Shown: positions 1 to 8,384 of the stretch, in pieces
How positions within the stretch are numbered: the stretch's first letter is position 1
Layout: each line of letters starts with the position of its first letter
Assembly (NCBI GenBank): GCA_029259155.1
Contig: JAPDJI010000001.1
Span: 32,001 to 96,000, forward strand
Length of the DNA stretch: 64,000 nucleotides
Direction: 5' to 3'
DNA from: Candidatus Methanomethylicia archaeon
GTDB taxonomy: Archaea > Thermoproteota > Methanomethylicia > Nezhaarchaeales > B40-G2
Program-made: the position numbers and the translations under genes
Notes under the pieces: generated by a model
Databases searched by the model: none
Seen by the model: only the letters and a program-made list of their open reading frames with translations
What the model was told of the DNA's origin: nothing

Positions 1-253
1 CTAGCTCCGTAGCTTCATAGACATACTTTCGATTCACCTTTCTTCTACTAAGAAGGCCTGTTTCTAAGAGTTCCTCTAAGTGCTCATCTACCGTGCTTCT
101 GGCTTTACTAACTCTCTCTGCTAACTCGCCTGCTGTGGCTGAGCCTTCTTCTATAAGGGATTTAGCGATGCGATACCTAGTTTCATCGCTGAGCGCTACA
201 ATAGCTCTCCTAACCAGCTCGCCTTTGCTCCTCTCCACGGAGCTCCCTTCCAT
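1..253 (-). CDS. ArsR-family winged-helix transcriptional regulator (runs off the window edge)
   Basis: Not in the ORF track. Manual translation from ATG 253 (GAGGGGAG RBS upstream): MEGSSVERSKGELVRRAIVALSDETRYRIAKSLIEEGSATAGELAERVSKARSTVDEHLEELLETGLLSRRKVNRKYVYEATEL. ArsR pattern ALSDETR..I...L....T..ELA......STV..HL..L...GL. Confidence 0.8.
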   Translation of the reverse strand, partial: MEGSSVERSKGELVRRAIVALSDETRYRIAKSLIEEGSATAGELAERVSKARSTVDEHLEELLETGLLSRRKVNRKYVYEATEL

Positions 254-427
254 GATAACTCCCCTCAACTCATAGGAAAAATCTTTCGGCTCCGGCCGGA
301 GTTTAGCCTCACTTAAGCCAAGTGCTTTTTCCGGCCTAAATCGTCAGTTCAGCTCCGGTGTAGACCTTAACAAAGTTTAACCTCGAGCCTTGCGCCACGC
401 CTCCTCGACGCGCTTGGAGGGAGCTGG

Positions 428-1111
428 TTGAGGAGGAGCGTAGTTGTCAAGGTGGTTAAGGATAAAGGGTTGTTGGGACAGGCCTTAGCGCTACTAATCC
501 TAGCTTTACTTATAACGATGATCCCAAGCCTCATAGCTCTACTGGTATTGCTCATAGCGTACAGGGTTATCAAAGCATTAAGGCTAAGGAGGAAAAACGT
601 AGGCTTCAAGGCTTTGAAGCTAAAGAATAGATGGCCTATCTTCACCGGGAGGATTAAGTCAAATGGGCTTAAGAAGGTGGGAAGTTTAGGTGGATGTGGG
701 CTCTACGTACCGGAAGGAGGATCTACATGTCTACTTTGCTTAAATGGCTTCACTTTGACTGGTAGTGGTTACCTATCTCTTAAGCCGTTAGAGCCCTTCT
801 CTATCGATGTTAAGCCTCTCATGCACGCTGCCTTAAAAATGAGGAGACAGCTAGTTGTAGCGTTCATCGTAGATCCTGGTCGTTATGGTCCTTTAAAGGT
901 CAAAGTAGCTACTTTGGTCGTGGTTAGGGCGGTAAGGAGGTGTTTAACGGTCGATGAAAGCCAAGTAGAGTCTCTCGTAAACGAGGTCGAACGCTGTCTT
1001 GATGGGGTAAGGGCGGTCCTGATGTCTCAGCCTTACCATCTAGAACTTGATGTCCTAAGCGGTGACGACCTCATCAACGCCAACCTGCTCTTGGTGGGGG
1101 GCTATGCGTAG
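428..1111 (+). CDS. Hypothetical membrane-anchored protein, first gene of the RadA operon
   Basis: 227-aa ORF with an N-terminal hydrophobic segment (LALLILALLITMIPSLIALLVLLIAY). GGAGGGAG RBS before TTG; stop overlaps the next gene. Confidence 0.65.
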   Translation: MRRSVVVKVVKDKGLLGQALALLILALLITMIPSLIALLVLLIAYRVIKALRLRRKNVGFKALKLKNRWPIFTGRIKSNGLKKVGSLGGCGLYVPEGGSTCLLCLNGFTLTGSGYLSLKPLEPFSIDVKPLMHAALKMRRQLVVAFIVDPGRYGPLKVKVATLVVVRAVRRCLTVDESQVESLVNEVERCLDGVRAVLMSQPYHLELDVLSGDDLINANLLLVGGYA

Positions 1112-2525
1112 GGACATTTATGAAGGTTCTGACGTGTTTTCGCCCTTCATTCCCACTCCTCTACCACCAATAGAGGGGGTGAGGGGCGAGTTATTCCATA
1201 TAGGCGATGTTAGAGGGGAGGATGGATGGCAGCCTTTCCTCGTGGACCTTAGAGACCTTAAGTTCATCATCCTTGCGGGCCCTAAGAAAGCCAGGGTTTC
1301 CATAGGAGCTTCCTTATTGTTCAAAGAGTTCTTGGCGAGTATAGGGTTCACGGTGCTGGATACTGGAAGAGGTTACCGAACACTGTTCAAGGCTCTCCCG
1401 AGAGCTAAGCTATATAGGCTTGGCCTCGACTCTACATTAAATCCTTTCTCGATACCTGAAACTTGGAGAGAGTTTGAGGCTTACAGCTACGCATCGTTGG
1501 TTTCGAAGAGCTATGCTATATGCTTCAACCTTACGAGGATCCATGCTTCATTGATGTGTCGGGCTCTATGCAAGCTATATGCCGAGAAATCCAATCCCAC
1601 ATTATTGGAGGTAATACAGGCTGTTGAGGGTGAAGTGGAGCCTCTAGCTAGGCTTCAAGGCTTTGCTGAAGAGTTGAAGTCGCTGTTGGCCTCCATGCAG
1701 GAAGGCTATGTAGGTGCCTGCCTACTAGGCGTAGAGGAGGTACCTTCACCTTCGGAGTTGGAGGAAGCGTGCATAGTGGAGCTTAGTTATCTACCTACCT
1801 CTGAGCTTAGGGCGTTTATCCAGGCCTGCTTCATGGCCAAGCTCTCCATTACAGCTAGGCTGAAAGGTTTAATGAGTCAATATACCTTGCTTATCGAGGA
1901 TGCTCAGCACCTCTTCCAGGAGACTAGGGGATGGAAGTTGGAAGAACTTATCTCAAATATGTTAGATGCTGGCTTAAACCTACATTTAAGCACCCCTAGC
2001 GCAGCAGCCTTACCCTCTACTTTGAGAGGAGAAGGCATTATCATACTAGAGGCTTTGGAGGGGGGCTTAGCTCACTTGGTTAAAGTTTCAACTTCTCGCG
2101 GGAAAATGGAAGCTAAATTAAGCACCTACTCATGGTTGGAGGATGACCTCACAGATTGTGACGTAGACCTCCTCGTGGAGTCGAGGACGGGAGTAAAGCC
2201 TAGAAGAGTTGGAGCTCCACGTAGACGTAGCTTAACGACTCTTGAGGAACTTTTCTTAAAGGAAGAAGTCAGAGCTGAAGCCTATAACATTCTATCTTAC
2301 CTGAGAGATAACTACTCGACGTTTAAAGGCCTCTTCGAGCTCATGAACTTGCCTAAGGAGCTTGCTAGGAAGACCCTCATTAAGCTTTATCGAAATAAAC
2401 TCATCGCCCAGAGCGAGGTGGGAGGAGTCAAGGTAGTTACGCTGACTGATCTTGGTAGGCTAGTACTTGAAGAGTATGAAAGCTCTCTGGAAGGTGAAGG
2501 AATTGATGGAGGTAAGGTGGCTTAG
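1104..2525 (+). CDS. HerA/VirB4-like P-loop protein with degenerate Walker A and a C-terminal winged helix
   Basis: Motifs IILAGPKKARVS (degenerate Walker A), VLDTGRGYRTL, LNPF, IVELSYL and LLIEDAQ (Walker B-like). C-terminal wHTH-like segment (LARKTLIKLYRNKLI...VTLTDLG). ATG 1104 overlaps the upstream stop. Confidence 0.6.
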   Translation: MRRDIYEGSDVFSPFIPTPLPPIEGVRGELFHIGDVRGEDGWQPFLVDLRDLKFIILAGPKKARVSIGASLLFKEFLASIGFTVLDTGRGYRTLFKALPRAKLYRLGLDSTLNPFSIPETWREFEAYSYASLVSKSYAICFNLTRIHASLMCRALCKLYAEKSNPTLLEVIQAVEGEVEPLARLQGFAEELKSLLASMQEGYVGACLLGVEEVPSPSELEEACIVELSYLPTSELRAFIQACFMAKLSITARLKGLMSQYTLLIEDAQHLFQETRGWKLEELISNMLDAGLNLHLSTPSAAALPSTLRGEGIIILEALEGGLAHLVKVSTSRGKMEAKLSTYSWLEDDLTDCDVDLLVESRTGVKPRRVGAPRRRSLTTLEELFLKEEVRAEAYNILSYLRDNYSTFKGLFELMNLPKELARKTLIKLYRNKLIAQSEVGGVKVVTLTDLGRLVLEEYESSLEGEGIDGGKVA

Positions 2526-2805
2526 CGGAAGTAGCTGCGAATGGTTGGTAAAGAGGCTAGGCTCATCTTTCATCTTTGTTAGGCTCGAGGTGGCTGATAA
2601 AGATGGCTCACCTTTACTTCGCCGAAGCCTCTTATTGAAGGGGAAGCGCGGTCGTGTGAAGCTAGTTTTCACGGAGGAGTACGAGCTGGAGGATGCGTTA
2701 AAGACGCTTAGGGCTCAAGGCCTCCTTGTCGGCAGGTTAAGGCTACGCTCCTCCAGGCCTCCTTCCAAGCTCATTCCTGAAAACCTGAAAGGGGGTGGTG
2801 GATAA
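2506..2805 (+). CDS. Small basic hypothetical protein
   Basis: ORF with GGTGA RBS; its stop is coupled to the radA start (TAATG). Confidence 0.55.
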   Translation: MEVRWLSGSSCEWLVKRLGSSFIFVRLEVADKDGSPLLRRSLLLKGKRGRVKLVFTEEYELEDALKTLRAQGLLVGRLRLRSSRPPSKLIPENLKGGGG

Positions 2806-3764
2806 TGAAAGAATTAACCCTAAAGGATATCACCGGTATAGGGGAGAAGACCGCTAAGAAGCTAGAGAAGGCTGGAGTTACTTCGCCTAGGCAACTAGCG
2901 TTAATGACAGCATCTGAGCTGGCAGCGCTAGCTGATATAGGCGAGGCTCACGCCCTGGCCATAACTGAAGCCGCTAGGAGGGAGCTTGAAAAAGTGCTGG
3001 GCATAGGTGTGGTGAAGGCTAAAGAACACTACGAACAGTTGCTGAGACAGCGAAAGCTCACCACTGGATGTAGTGGTCTCGACACCATTCTCGATGGAGG
3101 GTTAGAGCCCGCCGCTATAACAGAGTTCGTTGGAGTTTTCGGTAGTGGCAAGTCTCAGCTCATGCACCAGCTATGCGTAACAGTTCAGCTGCCTGAAGAA
3201 CAGGGTGGTTTACGTGGAAGGGCCTTCTACTTAGATACCGAGCGAGGTTTCTCGCCCAAGAGGCTGATAACCATAGCGTCAAGGTTCGGCCTGAACCCTG
3301 ACGAAGTATTGGATAACGTCTTCAGCGTCTACGTAGTCAACTCGGACCACCAAGTAGTGCTTCTCGATGAAGTTGAGAGGCTTGTTAGCAATGAAGGAGT
3401 GAAGTTGGTGGTTGTGGACAGCTTCACCTCGCATTTTAGGAAGGAATATCCTGGAAGGGACCACTTAGCGGAAAGGCAGCAGAGGCTCAACAGGTATTTG
3501 GGGCAACTCATGAGGATAGCGGTGACCTACAATGCAGTGGTAGCGGTTACTAACCAGGTAATGTCTTCACCTGATCCGAGGGATCCTCAAGAGAAGGCTG
3601 TAGGGGGCCATATCATGGGTCACGGGACCACCCACCGCATATGGTTCTGGAAACGTAAGGGACGTAAGAGACTAGCGCGCGTCATCGACTCTCCGAGACT
3701 TCCTGAAGCAGAGGCATGGTTTGAGATTCAGGATGGAGGTCTTTATGACGCTGAGCCGGAATAG
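2805..3764 (+). CDS. radA: RadA/Rad51-family recombinase (full length, possibly a divergent paralog)
   Basis: N-terminal HhH (LKDITGIGEKTAKKL), Walker A GVFGSGKSQ, YLDTE, Walker B LVVVDS, EYPGR..LAERQQ, TNQV, GGH, DSPRLPE. Confidence 0.9.
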   Translation: MKELTLKDITGIGEKTAKKLEKAGVTSPRQLALMTASELAALADIGEAHALAITEAARRELEKVLGIGVVKAKEHYEQLLRQRKLTTGCSGLDTILDGGLEPAAITEFVGVFGSGKSQLMHQLCVTVQLPEEQGGLRGRAFYLDTERGFSPKRLITIASRFGLNPDEVLDNVFSVYVVNSDHQVVLLDEVERLVSNEGVKLVVVDSFTSHFRKEYPGRDHLAERQQRLNRYLGQLMRIAVTYNAVVAVTNQVMSSPDPRDPQEKAVGGHIMGHGTTHRIWFWKRKGRKRLARVIDSPRLPEAEAWFEIQDGGLYDAEPE

Positions 3765-4071
3765 TGCTGAGCAGCTTTCTTGGGCGTTAACTAAGCTTAA
3801 GTCTAGGTTTACGGGTAAAAGCGAGTCTTGGGTACGTCGATGCCTTAAGAGGCTCAGAGACGTAGAGGAAATAGAAGTCGGTACTTGGAGGGTTAAGGGA
3901 AGATTTGAGCTCGGCGACCGTTATCCCAATTACCTCGTCAAGGTAGTGAACGGTAGATACCAGTGCTCCTGCCATGATCCTCATAAGCCTTACTCTAGGT
4001 TTCGTAGGAGGTCGGTGTGCAGCCACATAGGTGCTGTCATACTTTACAGGGCTTTGAGGAAGCTAAGGTGA
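3745..4071 (+). CDS. SWIM zinc-finger protein
   Basis: YLVKV...YQCSC...CSHIGAV matches CxC-xn-CxH. GGAGGT RBS before ATG 3745. Confidence 0.8.
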   Translation: MTLSRNSAEQLSWALTKLKSRFTGKSESWVRRCLKRLRDVEEIEVGTWRVKGRFELGDRYPNYLVKVVNGRYQCSCHDPHKPYSRFRRRSVCSHIGAVILYRALRKLR

Positions 4072-4613
4072 AGGATTTGAGCTACGAGAAGCTCCAACAG
4101 ATAGTAAAGGGAGGCTTGACGGCTCTGGTTTACGGTGGAAGTGCGCTTGAGAGGATCGAGTACCTCATGGAGGTGGCTAAGCTAGCCTTAAAGGAGGGCT
4201 CCTTCGCCCTCTACTTCTCTATCTATGAAGGATCCACGTTCCTCATAGTGGATGTCGCCTCGAGAAAGGGGTTGGAGAATTTACTCGACAAGATCTACGT
4301 TGCTATACTACCTCTAGATGTCGCGAAGCTTGGAAAGGTTATCGAAGCTCTCCGGGGCTTATTGAACGAGGAGAAGTTAACTCTAATCGTCTACGACCAG
4401 GTCTTTACAGCCATTTATTACACGTCGCTGGGCGATCCTGAGGTCAAGAGTAGGCTTAACACCTTGCTGTCAATGGTTAAGGCTCTTTCAAGGAAACATG
4501 GATTCTGCACCTTACTGCTAGACAGGGCTAAGGTGGATGGTTCTCCTCGAACTCCTCGTTTTATTTTAAGGTATGTAGACGAAAGCGTATCTTTACGCTC
4601 AGTCAACGTTTAG
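4068..4613 (+). CDS. Degenerate RecA-fold (RadB/KaiC-like) protein, probably catalytically inactive
   Basis: GGLTALVYGGSALERIEYL (Walker A position lacking GKT), ALYFS, LIVYDQV (Walker B position), LKALS-like helix and C-terminal YVDESVSL. GTG overlaps the SWIM stop (GTGA). Confidence 0.55.
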   Translation: MKDLSYEKLQQIVKGGLTALVYGGSALERIEYLMEVAKLALKEGSFALYFSIYEGSTFLIVDVASRKGLENLLDKIYVAILPLDVAKLGKVIEALRGLLNEEKLTLIVYDQVFTAIYYTSLGDPEVKSRLNTLLSMVKALSRKHGFCTLLLDRAKVDGSPRTPRFILRYVDESVSLRSVNV

Positions 4614-4991
4614 GGAGGAGGGCTTGGTTTCCATAAGTATGTTTTTTTCCTCCGTAAATGAAGGGGCACATATACACCAGAACTTGAGCTCCCTATTGCC
4701 ATTATTCACGGCATAGTGAACAGCTCCTTTAGGTATCAATACACAGTCTCCACGTGCAACTTTAAAGATCTCGCCGTCCACGTATACCTCTCCTTTCCCT
4801 TCAATGACTAGGTAGAGCTCCACGAAGTCGTGGTGGTGGCTTAAAGTGGCTTCACCTGGCTTAACGGTAGCTAGAGCTAAGCTGACCTCATAAGTGTTGG
4901 TCGGCCTAATACCTATGAGTTCTATTACTTCAGCCCCATCGGGAGCTTTCACTCTTAGCCCTTTGCGAAGGTTTCTCTTAACAGGCTTCAA
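4599..4991 (-). CDS. Cupin domain protein
   Basis: PGEATLSHHHDFVELYLVIEGKG...GDCVLIPKGAVH cupin motifs. Confidence 0.85.
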   Translation of the reverse strand: MKPVKRNLRKGLRVKAPDGAEVIELIGIRPTNTYEVSLALATVKPGEATLSHHHDFVELYLVIEGKGEVYVDGEIFKVARGDCVLIPKGAVHYAVNNGNRELKFWCICAPSFTEEKNILMETKPSSLNVD

Positions 4992-5637
4992 GCTTTTTCA
5001 GAACCTCCAAGAGCTTAAAAGGTGAGTCTATAACATAGTCTACCCATGGACTCACTACCTCTTGATTAGAGACGAGGACGGTTATCATACCAAGCTCCTT
5101 AGCTGGCTTAACCTCATCTTCCACCCTATCACCCATATAGACGGTTTCCTTCGCTGGTACGCCTAACAACTCTAAGCCTCTCAGGTACGGTTTGGGGCTA
5201 GTCTTAGGTTCTACTTCGCTACTAGTGATTAAAGCATCTACGGCATCGAGAGGTATCTTGAGCGCTCCCATGGTTCCTAGCGCGTGAGGTCTACCCGAGT
5301 TGGTTATGATAGCTACCTTATAGCCCATGCTACGTAACTGGCGTAGAAACTCAGCGATTTTAGGATCTGGTTTAAGCAGCTCTGTATACCTGAGCCTTTT
5401 AGATAACTCATCATAGAAGTAGTGTCGTGATACCCCTACATACTCGATGCTCCTCGTCAAGGTTACGCATATTTTCCTAGCTTCTGTCAATCGGTGCTGA
5501 GCTTCTTCAACGCTCACACCGAGTTTTTCCGATACGATCTCCAGCGTCAGCCTCTTAATCTCAGCCTCATACTTAGGACATCTATAGAGCGTGCCGTCGA
5601 GATCGGTTAGTATAGCTTTAATCTTAGTCAACTTCAT
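4978..5637 (-). CDS. HAD-superfamily hydrolase
   Basis: DLDGTLY motif I, ITNS motif II, K..PKPY motif III, MGDRVEDE motif IV. Confidence 0.9.
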   Translation of the reverse strand: MKLTKIKAILTDLDGTLYRCPKYEAEIKRLTLEIVSEKLGVSVEEAQHRLTEARKICVTLTRSIEYVGVSRHYFYDELSKRLRYTELLKPDPKIAEFLRQLRSMGYKVAIITNSGRPHALGTMGALKIPLDAVDALITSSEVEPKTSPKPYLRGLELLGVPAKETVYMGDRVEDEVKPAKELGMITVLVSNQEVVSPWVDYVIDSPFKLLEVLKKLEAC

Positions 5638-5698
5638 CCCTTTCCTTGTTCGAGCAACTTAGACTTATAACTTTCAGCTAGCTATTAGTCTAGCGTGA

Positions 5699-6136
5699 AT
5701 GGGAATGAAGCTTAAGACTGTTTTCTTAGCGGCAGGGGTTTTCATAGCAGCCTTGGGGGTAGGTGCCTTATATTACGCTCTTGAGGTGTATCCATACCTT
5801 GTGGCTGGCTATGGAGGCTCTGAGCCCTTTACGTTGAGTACGGTTAACGGCTATACTTTCATACTCCCTGTTTGGACCGGGTCTAAGGTAAATGTTCAAG
5901 TCTACGCTAACAACACGGTTCAGGTGTGGGTCGAAGGTGAGTTGATGGGAGAGGGGAATCAGGTTTTCTTTGACCTAGAGCCTGAGAAGCAACATCTAAT
6001 TATGGTTACTTCCGAGGTTCCCGTCGAGGGGAGAATTTCCTTCAGACAGCAGCCTCCGGAGGTGCTCTTGCTGGTAGCAGGTTTTATGGTTGTATTAGGG
6101 GTGTCTATTTTCATTGCCTCCTTTAAGCTACGCTAG
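5699..6136 (+). CDS. Hypothetical membrane protein with N- and C-terminal TM helices
   Basis: 145-aa ORF with two hydrophobic segments flanking a beta-rich region. Confidence 0.7.
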   Translation: MGMKLKTVFLAAGVFIAALGVGALYYALEVYPYLVAGYGGSEPFTLSTVNGYTFILPVWTGSKVNVQVYANNTVQVWVEGELMGEGNQVFFDLEPEKQHLIMVTSEVPVEGRISFRQQPPEVLLLVAGFMVVLGVSIFIASFKLR

Positions 6137-6195
6137 CCTTCCTGTAGCCTCAGTTTTATAGCATACTCCTCCTATCCACTTTTAGGGGCTTGAAC

Positions 6196-6977
6196 TTGTA
6201 TAATCCATTAGAATATGCTGAAAGGCTGAAGCAACTTGTAGTTAGAGGTATGGCAAGGAAGTATTATAGAGTAGCTAGAGGCGGTAGATGGTACGGCGGT
6301 AAGTAGGCTTACGCCTACCCGCATTCGCTACCGCAGACTGTGTAGGCTGTCCTCTAAAATGCGTGTTCTGCTGGAGTAACGTGTCTCGAGACTCTCCTGA
6401 AAGCGTGGGGCGTTTCTATACGCCATCACAGGTGTTTAAGGCTCTCGATGCTATTGCAAGTAAACGAGGCTACACTCAGCTTAGGGTGAGTGGTAATGAA
6501 CCTACTCTCGGCAGGGACCACCTTCTAAGCCTCTTAGACCTCGTTGAGGAGGCAGGGCGCTACACCTTCATTTTGGAAACTAACGGCATCCTAATAGGCC
6601 ATGACTCATCTTATGCACGCGATCTAGCCAAGTACAGGTGTATTCATGTTAGGGTGAGCTTGAAAGGAGCTTCACGTGAAGAGTTTACCAGGCTTACTGG
6701 AGCTATACCTGAAGCCTTTGACCTTCAATTAAAGGCACTTGAAAACCTCCTCAAGGAAGGTGTACCGTGTCATCCAGCTGTCATGTTATCCTTTAGCTCT
6801 AAGGACTCGCTCAAAGCGCTAACATCAAAGTTAAGGTCCATCGACCCCACCCTCGTCGAGGAACTTGAAGAAGAATACGTGTTCATGTACCCTCACGTAG
6901 CTGAGAGGCTTAAGAAGGCTGGAATACAACCTAAGATAGCCTACAGCCCCAACAGGATACCTGAAGAGCTTATATGA
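6196..6977 (+). CDS. Radical SAM protein, spliced gene: exon 1 6196-6301, exon 2 6325-6977 (252 aa)
   Basis: Exon 1 reads MYNPLEYAERLKQLVVRGMARKYYRVARGGRWYGG. Removing 6302-6324 gives ...WYGGIATADCVGCPLKCVFCWS (CxxxCxxC), then RVSGNEPT, LETNG and VRVSLKG. Start could also be TTG 6190. Confidence 0.85.
6302..6324 (+). other. 23-nt bulge-helix-bulge (BHB) intron in an mRNA
   Basis: Central 4-bp helix GCGG(6296-6299)/CCGC(6319-6322). 3-nt bulges UA|A (6300-6302) and AU|U (6323-6325). Inner stem GUAGGC/GCCUAC with UUAC loop; outer exon-exon stem GGUA-CG/CG-c-UACC. Canonical cleavage restores the frame. Confidence 0.85.
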
Positions 6978-7061
6978 ACAAAATACCCGCTAAGAGGTTA
7001 GCGGAAAGGTTTACGGTTTGCATCAAAGCTACGTAAGCTTCGCGTGGCAGCTTGCCTATAT

Positions 7062-7775
7062 TCATCCTTCTAGACCCATTAACCTAACCGCATTTCCCCC
7101 AAGCACTCTAGCCTTGTCCTCCTCGCTTAGTTGAAGAGAAAGCAGCTTCTCAACCTCATGCTTCATGTAGCCAAAAGGTATGTCAGAGCCGAACAATAAG
7201 CGATGGGAGCCAAGTTCCTCTAAAAACCTCTTTACGGTGCTGCTCGGAGCCAGCGAGGTGTCGAAGTAGACATTATCTTCATGCTTAAACTTCTCTAGGA
7301 AAGCTAGCGGAGAACCTCCGAGCATACCTAAATGAGGTATCACGAGCGTCACCTCTGGGAATAAGTTCACGAACCTAACCGTAAACTCAAGCTCCTCCTC
7401 AAAGATGACGGGTAAGCGTAACTTGGCAACTGTCCTTGCGAATCCCTCAAGCCTAGGGTCAGAGAGCACGCTGTAATTAGATTTTGTATCCGATATCCCT
7501 CTGACCCAATGCCACTTAACGCCTCGGAAACGTGGATTGCTAGGTGGCGTTAAGTCGTCTGGGGCGTAGTAAAACGGTATGAAACTACTATGGTGTTCGG
7601 CTTGCCCCAATACCCACTCAACTATGGATGGATCTGACACGGCTGTGGAAGGGAATGGAAACACTACGGCCCTATCTACCCCAGCCTCCGACATTTGCCT
7701 TAAAATCTCCTCTGAGGTTATAGAGATCCCGAGCACCAGCGACGGCCCCAAATGTGTATGGAAGTCTATAATCAC
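7062..7775 (-). CDS. Amidohydrolase-family metallo-hydrolase (amidohydro_2)
   Basis: IIDFHTHLG, GVKWH, IPHLG, NVYFDTS, LLFGSDIPF, VLGGNA. Confidence 0.9.
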   Translation of the reverse strand: MIIDFHTHLGPSLVLGISITSEEILRQMSEAGVDRAVVFPFPSTAVSDPSIVEWVLGQAEHHSSFIPFYYAPDDLTPPSNPRFRGVKWHWVRGISDTKSNYSVLSDPRLEGFARTVAKLRLPVIFEEELEFTVRFVNLFPEVTLVIPHLGMLGGSPLAFLEKFKHEDNVYFDTSLAPSSTVKRFLEELGSHRLLFGSDIPFGYMKHEVEKLLSLQLSEEDKARVLGGNAVRLMGLEG

Positions 7776-7886
7776 GTTTATCTGCCCCCTAGGGCTCAGC
7801 TGGTGATGGTTTTTGTAATTATAGTTCAGAGGAAACCTCCACTTTTAAGTATGTCGAGTTACGCTTCCTCTATAAGAGGGTCTACT

Positions 7887-8351
7887 TTGAAGCGTATTAA
7901 GCTAGATCACGTAGCTATCCTCGTAAAGAACTTTGACGAAGCGCTAAGCTGCTTTAAAAAGCTCTTAGAGCTGAGCGATGACGACGTCATCATTGCTAGG
8001 GGGCTGGAGGATGGAGAGGACGTGGTGGATGCAGCCTTCCTCGAACTAGGCGGGGCTTACATAGAGATATTTTCACCAGCAAAGCCCGATGGAGCCATGA
8101 GCAAGGCATTAGAGGAGCGAGGAGAAGGGCTACATCATATATGTTTCTCAACCACCGACCTAGAATCAGAGCTGGAAAGAGTTAAGGGACTAGGTTTAAC
8201 GTTGATAGACGAGAAACCGAGGGTGGATAAATTTGGCGTCAAGTACTTCTATATACATCCACGAGCTACGTATAGAACCCTGGTATGCTTCATCCAGGCA
8301 TGGAGAAGAACAGGCCCAAATTCATGGGAAGCTGAAACTAGAGCTAAATAA
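7887..8351 (+). CDS. VOC/glyoxalase family protein, methylmalonyl-CoA epimerase-like
   Basis: LDHVAILV, IEIFSP, RGEGLHHICF, YFYIHP. TTG 7887 chosen because the longer ORF overlaps the divergent gene. Confidence 0.8.
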   Translation: MKRIKLDHVAILVKNFDEALSCFKKLLELSDDDVIIARGLEDGEDVVDAAFLELGGAYIEIFSPAKPDGAMSKALEERGEGLHHICFSTTDLESELERVKGLGLTLIDEKPRVDKFGVKYFYIHPRATYRTLVCFIQAWRRTGPNSWEAETRAK

Positions 8352-8384
8352 CTGCCTCTGCCAGGTACCTTTAGGGAGCTTGAC

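Noticed and set aside
93-275. 60-aa plus-strand ORF, and the many other short antisense ORFs in the track
   Set aside because: Shadows of well-supported genes on the opposite strand (here the ArsR regulator), with no motifs of their own.
6363-6977. 204-aa ORF as a complete gene, or a simple frameshift/pseudogene
   Set aside because: It starts inside the CxxxCxxC motif. The upstream exon and an exact BHB structure explain the break better than an indel.
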